Below, one piece after another: positions 10,279 to 19,601 of a stretch of 64,000 nucleotides of DNA. Source of the DNA: Geopsychrobacteraceae bacterium (GTDB taxonomy: Bacteria > Desulfobacterota > Desulfuromonadia > Desulfuromonadales > Geopsychrobacteraceae); NCBI GenBank assembly GCA_963662315.1, contig OY759353.1, forward strand, positions 4,064,001 to 4,128,000, given 5' to 3'. A program made the translations under genes and the position numbers. The notes under the pieces are model-generated. The model worked only from the letters and a program-made list of their open reading frames with translations, had not been told where the DNA came from and did not search any database. The number at the start of each line of letters is the position of its first letter. The first letter of the stretch is position 1.

Positions 10279-10323
10279 TTGACAATTATCTTCTCTCGGC
10301 AGTAATGTCCAAAAATGTCCAAA
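10279..10323 (+). promoter_or_regulatory. Sigma70-like promoter overlapped by a 10-bp direct repeat
   Basis: TTGACA (10279-10284), 18-nt spacer, TAATGT (10303-10308); AATGTCCAAA x2 (10304-10323). Confidence 0.55.
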
Positions 10324-10354
10324 GGAAAAGAAAATTGCCCTTAGTGAGTGATAA

Positions 10355-11035
10355 ATGAACCTTTCTGTCAAAGATGCTGCTCAACTTCTGTCTGTTTCAG
10401 AAAAGACCATTTACCGGTGGCTTAAGCAGGGAAACCTGCCAACACTGAAAATTCAGGGCAGTTATCGTTTTAACCGGGCGGAACTGCTGGAATGGGCCAC
10501 GTCCCGTAGGCTGGGCGTTGCTGCCGATGCGTTCAGTGAGCCTGAGTCAGAGGCTCAGACGCTGCCGACTTTATCCGATGCTCTTGAGGCCGGAGGCATC
10601 TTTTACCGGATTGCCGGGAAAAACCGGGATGCGGTTCTGGCTGATGCCGTCAGTCACCTGCGTTTGCCGGAAGAGATCGATCGTCAGTACCTGAAACAGG
10701 CGCTGCTGGTTCGTGAGCAACTGGCCTCGACAGCGATCGGCGATGGCATTGCCATTCCTCACCCGCGCAGCCCCGGTCTGCTGAACATTACCCGGCCGAC
10801 AGTGACCCTGTGCTTTCTAGAGCAGCCGATTCCTTATCAGGCTCTGGACGGGGTCCCGGTCAACATTTTACTGATGATTATGTCTCCTAACCTGCGCGCT
10901 CATCTGCATTTGCTGTCGTGTCTCGGGTTTGTGCTGCAGCAATCCGAATTTCTGGCCGTGTTGCAGGCCGAGGAGAGTCGTGAAAATATTTTTTCTGCCC
11001 TGGCCACAGCCGAGGCAAAGCTTAATCCCCGTTAG
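10355..11035 (+). CDS. Excisionase-type HTH (HTH_17) fused to PTS EIIA(Ntr)-like domain, copy B
   Basis: SVKDAAQLLSVSEKTIYRW; REQLASTAIGDGIAIPHPR; co-directional with the Ehr genes. Confidence 0.9.
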   Translation: MNLSVKDAAQLLSVSEKTIYRWLKQGNLPTLKIQGSYRFNRAELLEWATSRRLGVAADAFSEPESEAQTLPTLSDALEAGGIFYRIAGKNRDAVLADAVSHLRLPEEIDRQYLKQALLVREQLASTAIGDGIAIPHPRSPGLLNITRPTVTLCFLEQPIPYQALDGVPVNILLMIMSPNLRAHLHLLSCLGFVLQQSEFLAVLQAEESRENIFSALATAEAKLNPR

Positions 11036-11071
11036 TGGGGCGCTACCCCCGTTGGAGATTGATCGGTATTT

Positions 11072-13069
11072 ATGAACCTCTTTTGTTTGGCACTTCTGAT
11101 TCTGCTGGGTGGCAGCCTGTTGTCATTACTGTTGTATAAAAGCCGGTTGGTATCGGTCGTTGGCATTCTCACGGTCGCGCTGGCCGCACTGCTGGCCTTA
11201 TGGGTAGCGTTGCCGGTTCTGGTGAGGGGCGCGTCCCTTGCTTATATGCAGCCCTGGCTGGTGCCGGGGGGAGCATTTGCTCTGCAGCTTGATCCGTTGG
11301 CGGCCTTTTTTGTAGTGCCGATTGCTTTGTTATCATTGTTTTGCGCCCTCTATGCCGGCCCCTACATGGGACACGGGGAGACTGGCGGCGCCCGGCCAGT
11401 GCTGGGTGGGCACTGGTTTTTATTCAATATCATGGTTGCTGCGATGCTTCTGGTGGTGACGGCGGCCAATGCGGTCCTGTTTCTTGCAGCCTGGGAAATC
11501 ATGACCATATCATCCTTTTTCCTGGTCACTTGGGAACATCAACACAACGAAGTACGCAAAGCCGGCTGGCTTTACCTGTTGGCTGCTCACATCGGCATGG
11601 TGCTGTTGCTGGCCCTGTTCTTGCTGGCCGGAAGTTACAGCGGCGGGTTCAATTTCAGTGACTTCAGCAGTTTGACGCTGTTGCGTCCGGTTCCGGCTAC
11701 GGTGTTGTTTCTGCTGGCCCTGTTCGGTTTCGGGGTAAAGGCTGGCTTGTTTCCCATTCATGTCTGGTTGCCTGATGCTCACCCGGTTGCCCCCAGCCAT
11801 GTCTCGGCGCTGATGTCCGGGGTGCTGATTAAAACAGGCATTTACGGAATCCTCAGGGTTGTCGGCTGGTTGCCTGCGGCTCCTGCATGGTGGGGGTGGT
11901 TGGTCTGCCTGCTTGGTGCGGCAGGGGCTCTGTATGGCATCTCCCTGGCGACCCAGCAACGTGACATTAAACGCTGCCTGGCTTATTCAACGGTTGAAAA
12001 TGTTGGAATAATCTTCCTCGGGCTGGGTTTTGGTATGGCATTAAAAGCCCAGGGGCATGATCTGATCGCCCTGGTTGCTTTTGCTGGTGCGCTGCTGCAC
12101 TTGTGGAACCACGCTCTGTTTAAAGGGGTGATGTTCCTGGGCGCAGGCGCCCTGATGCACGCAACTGGGACGCGCGATATGAACCTGATGGGCGGGTTGC
12201 TGCGGCGCATGCCGTTGGCCGGGATGTTGTGGGTTGGCGGCAGCCTGGCGATTTCCGCTCTGCCGCCGCTCAACGGTTTGGTCAGTGAATGGTTGATTTA
12301 TTCCAGCCTGCTGACGGCCGGCACTCTGCATAGTGGTATGGCGGCTCTGGTTCCGTTACTGCTGTTTGGGTTGCTGGGGTTGGTCGGGGCTCTTGCGGTG
12401 GTCACCTTCACCCGCCTGATCGGAATCTGCTTGTTGGGTGAAGCGCGTGATCCGCGCAGTGCCAGGGCTCACGAAGCGGCTCCGTTGATGTTGCTCGCCA
12501 TGGGCGTGTTACTGTGTGGCTGTCTGATGATCGGTTTATACCCGCAGGGGGCGTTGTCCTTGCTTGCTTGGCCTCTGGCTGTATTGACCGGGCAGCCGGT
12601 CAGTCATCAGCCGGAAATACTTGTTGCCCCCCTTGGACCATGGGCACTGCTGTTATTGGTTATACTGATACTGTTAGCGGTGGGACTGGCCTGGTTGCGT
12701 CGCAGGCGGCCACTGGTCAGAGGATATACCTGGGGGTGCGGATTTCGTTTTTTGTCACCACGTATCTCCTATACGGGGGAAAGTTATTCGGAGATGACTT
12801 TTCGCTATCTGCTGCCACAGCTACTGCGACCAGTGGTTAGCGGGGGGAAGGTGGCTGAGGTTTTTCCGCAGCCGACCCAATTGGACCAGCAGTCGACCGA
12901 CCCGCTTCTGGTGCGGGCTCTGCAACCGCTGTTTTTGTCGCTTGCCTGGCGTTGCCAGCATTTACGCTGGCTCCAGCAAGGGCGTTTGCAGGTTTACCTG
13001 TGCTACATTTTCATTGCCAGCGCGATACTGATGGCCTGGAGTTTTTGGGCCGGCAGCCACGGAGGATGA
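11072..13069 (+). CDS. ehrA: Ehr/HyfB-like antiporter-type membrane subunit 1
   Basis: NuoL/MrpA-family motifs FLAAWEIM, KAGLFPIHVWLPDAHPVAPSHVSALMSG, KRCLAYS, HALFK, LPPLNGLVSEW. Confidence 0.85.
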   Translation: MNLFCLALLILLGGSLLSLLLYKSRLVSVVGILTVALAALLALWVALPVLVRGASLAYMQPWLVPGGAFALQLDPLAAFFVVPIALLSLFCALYAGPYMGHGETGGARPVLGGHWFLFNIMVAAMLLVVTAANAVLFLAAWEIMTISSFFLVTWEHQHNEVRKAGWLYLLAAHIGMVLLLALFLLAGSYSGGFNFSDFSSLTLLRPVPATVLFLLALFGFGVKAGLFPIHVWLPDAHPVAPSHVSALMSGVLIKTGIYGILRVVGWLPAAPAWWGWLVCLLGAAGALYGISLATQQRDIKRCLAYSTVENVGIIFLGLGFGMALKAQGHDLIALVAFAGALLHLWNHALFKGVMFLGAGALMHATGTRDMNLMGGLLRRMPLAGMLWVGGSLAISALPPLNGLVSEWLIYSSLLTAGTLHSGMAALVPLLLFGLLGLVGALAVVTFTRLIGICLLGEARDPRSARAHEAAPLMLLAMGVLLCGCLMIGLYPQGALSLLAWPLAVLTGQPVSHQPEILVAPLGPWALLLLVILILLAVGLAWLRRRRPLVRGYTWGCGFRFLSPRISYTGESYSEMTFRYLLPQLLRPVVSGGKVAEVFPQPTQLDQQSTDPLLVRALQPLFLSLAWRCQHLRWLQQGRLQVYLCYIFIASAILMAWSFWAGSHGG

Positions 13070-13073
13070 TGAG

Positions 13074-15038
13074 ATGATCTGGCTTGTCGCAGGAATGATA
13101 TTGATCTCCTGTGCCGGCGTTCCGGGGCTATTTTGGCGGCGCCAGAGCAGCGGTGCAGAGCAGCTGGCCTGTTGCCTGACCCTGGCGGGGTGCGGTTGCG
13201 GCCTGATGGCCATCATTGACGTCTTCCTCTACCAGGCCAGTGCGGACCTTTCCTGGGGGTGGTCGCTCCCCGGTGGGGTGTTTGCTGTGCAACTTGATGC
13301 CATCAGCACTCTGTTTTTACTCCCCTTGTTTCTGGTCGTCGCCTGCGGCTCGGTTTATGGTCTGCGCTATTGGCCTCAGCAAGATAACCCGGCCAGCGGA
13401 TCCATCCTGCGGCTGTTTTACGGACTAATCAGTGCGGCTATGATCCTGCTGCTGACGTCACGGAACAGCATCCTGTTTCTGATGGCCTGGGAAGTGATGG
13501 CGCTATCCGGTTTCTTCCTCATCACCACGGAGGATCATAAGGAAGAGGTCCGCCGGGCCGGATTTATTTATCTGATCGCGACGCATAGCGGGACTCTGGC
13601 TCTGTTTGCCATGTTTGCATTGGTGGGGCACGCGTCAGGTTCCCTCGATTTTCCGTTGACCGGGGCGCTGTCTCTGACGGGGAGCAGTCTGGTTTTTTTA
13701 CTCGGGTTATTCGGTTTCGGTATGAAAGCCGGTCTGATGCCGTTGCATATCTGGTTGCCCGGTGCTCATGCGGCCGCACCCAGTCACGCCTCGGCGCTGC
13801 TTTCGGGAGTGATGATAAAAACCGGTATATACGGGTTGGTCAGGCTCACCTCTTTTTACAGTGAGATTCCGGCCTGGTGGGGGTGGACGATCCTGGCGCT
13901 GGGAGTGATCTCGGGCATCATGGGAGTGGCCCTGGCGTTGGCGCAGCATGATATCAAACGTCTGCTGGCTTATCACAGTGTCGAGAATATCGGCATTATC
14001 GCTTTGGGTCTCGGTCTGGCCCTGCTGGGGCGCTGTTATCAGTTGCCGGGTCTGACCGCGTTGGGGATTGCCGGTTGCCTGTTGCATGTTGTCAATCACG
14101 GACTGTTCAAAGCTCTGCTGTTTTTGAGTGCCGGTTCGGTGATTCACGCGGTGGGCACGCGTGACATCGACCACTATGGCGGTCTGTTGAAACGTCAGCC
14201 ATGGACCGGAGCCCTGTTTCTGGGCGCTGCCGTGGCGATCAGCGGTTTACCGCCATTCAATGGTTTTGTCAGTGAATGGCTGATTTATCTGGGCTCCTTT
14301 GAGACACTGCCCCCTGCTCCAGACGTGGTCACCCTGGCGACCCTGACCGCTCCAGCGCTGGCTCTGATCGGTGGTTTGGCTCTGGCATGTTTTGTCAAAG
14401 TGTTTGGTATCACGTTTCTGGGGGAAGCACGCTCTCAGGCGGCCTTTGCTGCTCACGAGGCTCCTCCCGCCATGTTGGGTCCAATGGCATTGTTGCTGGT
14501 TGCCTGCGGCTGGATCGGTTTGTTGCCGGGTACCCTGGTGCCATTGCTTAGTGCCGCAGTAAACAGCTGGTACGTCAGTGCCAATCTGGCGCTTCATAAA
14601 GAGGTGTTCAATACCCTTGGCTGGATTAGTCTGTTGGCCTGGGTGCTGGTCGTGATGCTTGTTGTTGTGATGTTGCTGCTGCATGAACGCAGTAAGAAAG
14701 GTGTGCGAAGTATGGGCACCTGGGGGTGTGGATACCGGTTTCCGGCACCACGCATGCAGTACACGGCGAGCTCTTTTGCCGATAGCCTGGTGCGCCTGTT
14801 TCAGTTTGGACTCGGTCGTGAACGGCATGGCGCAAAGGTCTCTGAGCTGTTTCCGCGTACCGCCAACTTTGCCAGTCATACCCCCGACCTGGTTCTTGAC
14901 CGTTTGCTGGTCCCGTTTTGTTACCACTGTGGACGGCTGTTTCGCCGCTTGCGGGCCATGGTTCAGAACGGGGTGATTGCCATGTATCTGCTTTATGTTG
15001 GGTTGGCAGTTGTTGTGTTGCTGACTCTTACTATTTGA
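13074..15038 (+). CDS. ehrA: Ehr/HyfB-like antiporter-type membrane subunit 2
   Basis: Paralogue of the preceding gene; KAGLMPLHIWLPGAHAAAPSH, KRLLAYHSVEN, LPPFNGFVSEW. Confidence 0.85.
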   Translation: MIWLVAGMILISCAGVPGLFWRRQSSGAEQLACCLTLAGCGCGLMAIIDVFLYQASADLSWGWSLPGGVFAVQLDAISTLFLLPLFLVVACGSVYGLRYWPQQDNPASGSILRLFYGLISAAMILLLTSRNSILFLMAWEVMALSGFFLITTEDHKEEVRRAGFIYLIATHSGTLALFAMFALVGHASGSLDFPLTGALSLTGSSLVFLLGLFGFGMKAGLMPLHIWLPGAHAAAPSHASALLSGVMIKTGIYGLVRLTSFYSEIPAWWGWTILALGVISGIMGVALALAQHDIKRLLAYHSVENIGIIALGLGLALLGRCYQLPGLTALGIAGCLLHVVNHGLFKALLFLSAGSVIHAVGTRDIDHYGGLLKRQPWTGALFLGAAVAISGLPPFNGFVSEWLIYLGSFETLPPAPDVVTLATLTAPALALIGGLALACFVKVFGITFLGEARSQAAFAAHEAPPAMLGPMALLLVACGWIGLLPGTLVPLLSAAVNSWYVSANLALHKEVFNTLGWISLLAWVLVVMLVVVMLLLHERSKKGVRSMGTWGCGYRFPAPRMQYTASSFADSLVRLFQFGLGRERHGAKVSELFPRTANFASHTPDLVLDRLLVPFCYHCGRLFRRLRAMVQNGVIAMYLLYVGLAVVVLLTLTI

Positions 15039-15052
15039 AAGGGGAACTCCTC

Positions 15053-15967
15053 ATGATCGGCAGGCTTGTTCTGCATGTGGCATTATTACTGGTGTTTGCC
15101 CCGCTGATGCTGGGAGTGATCACGAAAACCAAGGCCTGGTTTGGTGGGCGGGCTGGGGCGCCGCTACTGCAGACCTATTATGATCTGGCCCGGTTGTGGC
15201 GCAAAGGATTTGTCTTCAGCACGACGACGACCTGGATCTTCCTGGCCGGCCCCGTGGTTGGTCTGGTGATTCCGGTGCTGGCGGCATTACTGCTCCCTTT
15301 CGGTGGTTTGCCGGCTCCACTGTCCTTTAACGGCGATCTGATCCTGTTTGTTTACCTGTTCGGGCTGGCGCGCTTTTTTACCGCCGCTGCAGCTTTAGAT
15401 ACCGGTTCCAGTTTTGAAGGGATGGGGGCTGCCCGTGAAGTGACCTTCTCCTGTCTGGCCGAGCCGACAATGCTGTTTGCCTTGTTGGTGCTGGCGCGTC
15501 TGGCTGACGGCCTGTCTCTTAATGCGCTGTTCGGATCGCATCTGCTCGCCGCCTGGCGTGATGGAGCCGGGGCCTCCCTGGGGTTGATTCTGGTTTGCCT
15601 GTTTGTGGTCCTGCTGGTGGAAAACTCGCGCATACCCTTTGATGATCCAACCACCCACCTGGAATTGACCATGATTCATGAGGTCATGGTTCTTGATCAC
15701 AGTGGTCCGGCTTTCGGTATGATTCTCTATGGCGCCAGCCTCAAGTTAATGGTCCTGAGTTCCCTGCTGGTGAGTCTGGCGCTCCCCTGGCGCTTCGGCT
15801 GGTGGCTGAGCGATGCGCTGATGTTTCTGGCCGGGTTGCTGTGTGTTGCCGTGCTGATTGGCGTGGTCGAATCAACCATGGCGCGCTTGCGCTTGCCACG
15901 CGTGCCACAGGTGCTGATCGGGACATCGCTGCTGTCTATTTTTGCCCTGGTACTGGTATTGCGCTGA
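15053..15967 (+). CDS. ehrB: Ehr HyfC/NuoH-like membrane subunit
   Basis: GRAGAPLLQTYYDL, FEGMGAARE, ENSRIPFDDPTTHLELTMIHEVMVLDHSG. Confidence 0.85.
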   Translation: MIGRLVLHVALLLVFAPLMLGVITKTKAWFGGRAGAPLLQTYYDLARLWRKGFVFSTTTTWIFLAGPVVGLVIPVLAALLLPFGGLPAPLSFNGDLILFVYLFGLARFFTAAAALDTGSSFEGMGAAREVTFSCLAEPTMLFALLVLARLADGLSLNALFGSHLLAAWRDGAGASLGLILVCLFVVLLVENSRIPFDDPTTHLELTMIHEVMVLDHSGPAFGMILYGASLKLMVLSSLLVSLALPWRFGWWLSDALMFLAGLLCVAVLIGVVESTMARLRLPRVPQVLIGTSLLSIFALVLVLR

Positions 15968-16004
15968 TGAATTGGCAGGTTTTTATGGTGCAGGAGAAAG
16001 AGTC

Positions 16005-16643
16005 ATGACGGAATGGACAAATCCACTGCTACTGGCAGTGATTCTTATCAATTTTTTCACCCTGGGCAGTGCTCGGCTCGGAGCCTGTATCCGGGTTGTT
16101 GCCTTTCAGGGGGCGTTACTGGCCTTGTTGCCACTGACGACCCACGGGTTTTCCCTGCATTCTATCATTCTGGCCGTGGGGACTTTTACCTTCAAGGGGG
16201 TATTTATCCCCTGGCTGCTGTTCCGGGCCATTCGTGAAGTGAAAATCCGCCGTGAACTGGAACCGCTCATCGGCTTTGTTCCCACGCTGATTTTGGGCGC
16301 TCTGACGACAGCAGGTGCCTTCCTGTTTGCCGATCTGCTGCCCCTGATTCCCGAGCATCATGGTGGCCTGTATGTTCCTACGGCGCTGGCAACCATGTTC
16401 GCCGGTTTTCTGCTGCTAATTTCACGACACAAAGCGATCACTCAGGTGCTTGGTTACCTGATGCTGGAAAACGGTATCTTCATTATCGGGGTGCTGCTCA
16501 GCGAAGCTCTGCCATTGATGGTTGAGGCCGGGGTACTGCTTGATCTGCTGGTGGGTATCTTTGTTATGGGGATCGTTATGAATACCATCAGTCGTGAATT
16601 TTCAACGATTAATACTGAACGCCTTTCAGCGCTGAAGGAATAA
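16005..16643 (+). CDS. ehrC: Ehr HyfE-like membrane subunit
   Basis: Hydrophobic; KAITQVLGYLMLENGI motif; AGGAG RBS. Confidence 0.85.
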   Translation: MTEWTNPLLLAVILINFFTLGSARLGACIRVVAFQGALLALLPLTTHGFSLHSIILAVGTFTFKGVFIPWLLFRAIREVKIRRELEPLIGFVPTLILGALTTAGAFLFADLLPLIPEHHGGLYVPTALATMFAGFLLLISRHKAITQVLGYLMLENGIFIIGVLLSEALPLMVEAGVLLDLLVGIFVMGIVMNTISREFSTINTERLSALKE

Positions 16644-16647
16644 GGAT

Positions 16648-18072
16648 ATGGTCGCTGTTCTAATTGCAATTCCCTTGATAGCTGCCGTGGTCAGCTTCCT
16701 GGTCCCCTGGTACCAGGTGCGCTCCTGGCTATTGATAGCAGCCAGCGCACCGCACCTGCTGCTGTCGTTGTTGCTCGGCTTGGGTTACCTGCCTGCCAGT
16801 GGTGAGTGGCTTGGTCTCGACGCGTTATCGAGTCTGGTGCTGGTGGTGACCAGTCTGCTGTTTTTTGGCTGTGCACTCTATGCCGTCGGTTATCTGGATC
16901 TGCGCCGGGACTGGGGAAATAAAGTCATGGTTTCCTGTCTGCTGGTGTTCCTCAGTGCGATGACCCTGGCGGTTGCCGCCCGGCATCTGGGTCTGTTGTG
17001 GATTGCAGTTGAAACAACAACCATCGCCAGTGCTCCATTGATTTATTTCAATCGTAACCGGCTTTCAATTGAGGCGACCTGGAAATACCTGCTGATCTGT
17101 TCGGTCGGCATCGCCCTGGCGATGCTTGGCATTATGTTTACCGCCTATGCGGCGTTGGGGCGTGACGTGACCGTCAGTCTTCAGTTTGATCATCTGCTGC
17201 GCCAGGCACATTTGCTGAGTAAGCCGTGGCTGCATAGCGGTTTTGTGTTTATGCTGGTCGGTTTTGGTACCAAGATGGGGCTTGCGCCGCTGCACACCTG
17301 GAAGCCCGATGCCTATGGTGAGGCTCCGGGATTGGTTGGTGCGCTGCTTGCGGGTGGCCTGACCAGTGTCGCTTTTCTGGCTATTTTGCGTGGTGTGCAA
17401 TTGATGACTGCCGCCGGTGACGGAGCCATGGCTCGCCAGGAATTGCTTGGTATCGGCATTCTGTCACTCTTGGTTGCGGCGGTCTTTATGGTTGGACAAC
17501 CTGATATCAAGCGGCTGCTGGCTTATTCTTCCGTGGAACATATGGGGATTTTGGCCATCGGTGTTGGGATCGGCGGACTGGCGACATTCGGCGCCATGCT
17601 GCACCTGATCAACAACGCCCTGACCAAGGGAGGACTGTTTCTCGCCGCAGGTAACATTCAGCGTGCTTATGCCAGTAAAAACCTGATGCAGGTGCGCGGT
17701 GCCATGCGCACGCTGCCGGTTTCCGGAACCTTGTTTCTGGCCGGTTTTCTGGCTATCACCGGCTCTCCACCGTTTGGACCTTTTATGAGCGAGTTTACTA
17801 TCCTTCGTGGTATTTTTGCTGATGAGCGGCTGGTTATCGGTTTGCTGGTGCTGTTTTTCCTGGCGACCATATTTATCGGTATGGGGAGCACGGTGTTGAC
17901 GGCAACCCAGGGCGCTGCTTCCGAACAGATCCCTGCGTACCGTGATCGTCCGTTACTGGTTATTTCGCCCCTGTGCTTCATGCTGATGATTCTGGTCCTC
18001 GGTGTCTATATTCCAGAGCGGTTGCAGGAAATCCTGCATCAAGCAGCCGCATTGCTGGAGGTGCAGCCATGA
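16648..18072 (+). CDS. ehrD: Ehr HyfF-like antiporter-type subunit
   Basis: LWIAVETTT, EATWKYLLICSVGI, GFGTKMGLAPLHTWKPDAYGEAP, KRLLAYSSVEHMG. Confidence 0.85.
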   Translation: MVAVLIAIPLIAAVVSFLVPWYQVRSWLLIAASAPHLLLSLLLGLGYLPASGEWLGLDALSSLVLVVTSLLFFGCALYAVGYLDLRRDWGNKVMVSCLLVFLSAMTLAVAARHLGLLWIAVETTTIASAPLIYFNRNRLSIEATWKYLLICSVGIALAMLGIMFTAYAALGRDVTVSLQFDHLLRQAHLLSKPWLHSGFVFMLVGFGTKMGLAPLHTWKPDAYGEAPGLVGALLAGGLTSVAFLAILRGVQLMTAAGDGAMARQELLGIGILSLLVAAVFMVGQPDIKRLLAYSSVEHMGILAIGVGIGGLATFGAMLHLINNALTKGGLFLAAGNIQRAYASKNLMQVRGAMRTLPVSGTLFLAGFLAITGSPPFGPFMSEFTILRGIFADERLVIGLLVLFFLATIFIGMGSTVLTATQGAASEQIPAYRDRPLLVISPLCFMLMILVLGVYIPERLQEILHQAAALLEVQP

Positions 18073-19589
18073 GCCCGGTTGCTATTCTCAATTATCAGAA
18101 CCAGGCAACGCTCCCCCTGGCGCAATTACCCTATTGTGATTGGGCCGATTTCCGGAGCACTCTGCTTGCAGAGGTTGCCGCGCAAGCTCGGGTGGTCAGC
18201 TATTTCGGTCAACCGGCCACAGATGGCCTCGATCTCTATGCGGTCCTGGCGCGCGATATTCCCGGTGAGCTGGTCGTATTGCGGACCCGTGTCGGCGCGA
18301 GTTTTCAGGCCCTGACACCAGAGTGTCCGCAAGTGCACCTGTTCGAGCGCGAGCTTGCCGAACAATTTAATGTGCGTCCTGAAAATCACCCATGGCTTAA
18401 ACCGGTACGTTTTCATCAGAGCTGGATTGATGGCACCGATATCTGGGGGCGTAATCGGGCTCAGCACCCGGTTCCGGGTGATATGGATTTCTACCGGGTC
18501 GAAGGGGAAGAGGTCCATGAGGTTGCTGTTGGTCCAGTGCATGCGGGGGTGATCGAACCGGGACATTTTCGCTTTCAGTGCCATGGCGAACAGGTCCTGC
18601 ACCTGGAAATCTCCCTCGGTTACCAGCATCGTGGCATTGAGCAGCTCCTTGCCGGTGGGCCCCATCCCACCAGCATTTATCAGCTGGAAACCGTCGCCGG
18701 AGACACCACCATCGGCCATACCACAGCTTACAGTCAGCTTATCGAAAGCCTGTCCAGAGTCCAATTGTCACCACGGGCGCAGGCTATCCGTGGTATAGCG
18801 CTGGAGCTGGAGCGTCTGGCTAATCATGTGGGTGATATCGGGGCCATTGCCGGTGATGTTGGTTTTCTGCCGACCTCCGCTTTTTGTGGTCGCCTGCGCG
18901 GTGATTATCTGAACCTGATGGCCGAAATCTGCGGCAGCCGTTTCGGGCGCGGGCTGGTACGCCCCGGTGGTGTGCATTTTGACCTGGAACCGCAGCGGGT
19001 GGAAACGCTTGTGCAGCGCCTTAAGGTGCTGTCTGCTGAAACCCGCGGTGCCATTGAATTGTGTTTTGACAGCCCGTCGGTATTGGCCCGTCTGGAAGGG
19101 ACCGGTCAGGTGAGCAGTGCCGATGCTGTGGCTCTGGGCCTGGTTGGTGTTGCCGCCCGGGCCTGCGGACTGATTCGTGACAGCCGCAGACACTTTCCCG
19201 GTGTGAACGGGGATCGGTCATTTACCAATCCGGTGGTGGAAAGTGATGGCGATGTCTACGCTCGCGGCAATGTGCGGCGTCGTGAGATTTATGCCTCGCA
19301 TCGCATGCTCGATGCAGCACTCATGGCGTTACCGGATGGGGCGCTCAGTCATAATCCGGGACCACTGGTTCCTGAGACTCTGGCAGTTTCCATCTGTGAG
19401 GGGTGGCGGGGGGAAGTTGTGCATGTCGGGATCACGGATGAGCACGGGCGTCTGGCTCGCTACAAAATCGTCGACCCGTCATTTCATAACTGGAGCGGCT
19501 TGGCGATGGCATTGCGAGGTGAGCAGATTTCCGATTTTCCTCTGTGTAACAAGAGCTTTAACCTGTCCTACTGTGGATTCGATTTATAG
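18069..19589 (+). CDS. ehrL: Ehr large subunit (HycE/NuoCD-like, lacking NiFe ligand motifs)
   Basis: VGPVHAGVIEPGHFRF, LGYQHRGIE, ELERLANH, EGWRGE, DPSFHNW; both CxxC Ni-binding motifs are absent. ATGA overlap with ehrD. Confidence 0.85.
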   Translation: MSPVAILNYQNQATLPLAQLPYCDWADFRSTLLAEVAAQARVVSYFGQPATDGLDLYAVLARDIPGELVVLRTRVGASFQALTPECPQVHLFERELAEQFNVRPENHPWLKPVRFHQSWIDGTDIWGRNRAQHPVPGDMDFYRVEGEEVHEVAVGPVHAGVIEPGHFRFQCHGEQVLHLEISLGYQHRGIEQLLAGGPHPTSIYQLETVAGDTTIGHTTAYSQLIESLSRVQLSPRAQAIRGIALELERLANHVGDIGAIAGDVGFLPTSAFCGRLRGDYLNLMAEICGSRFGRGLVRPGGVHFDLEPQRVETLVQRLKVLSAETRGAIELCFDSPSVLARLEGTGQVSSADAVALGLVGVAARACGLIRDSRRHFPGVNGDRSFTNPVVESDGDVYARGNVRRREIYASHRMLDAALMALPDGALSHNPGPLVPETLAVSICEGWRGEVVHVGITDEHGRLARYKIVDPSFHNWSGLAMALRGEQISDFPLCNKSFNLSYCGFDL

Positions 19590-19601
19590 GGAGTAGCCAC
19601 C

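Noticed and set aside
14918..18068. Upstream starts in the ORF track for ehrB, ehrC and ehrL (14918, 15942, 17973)
   Set aside because: They overlap the preceding genes extensively; downstream ATGs with an RBS or an ATGA overlap fit better.
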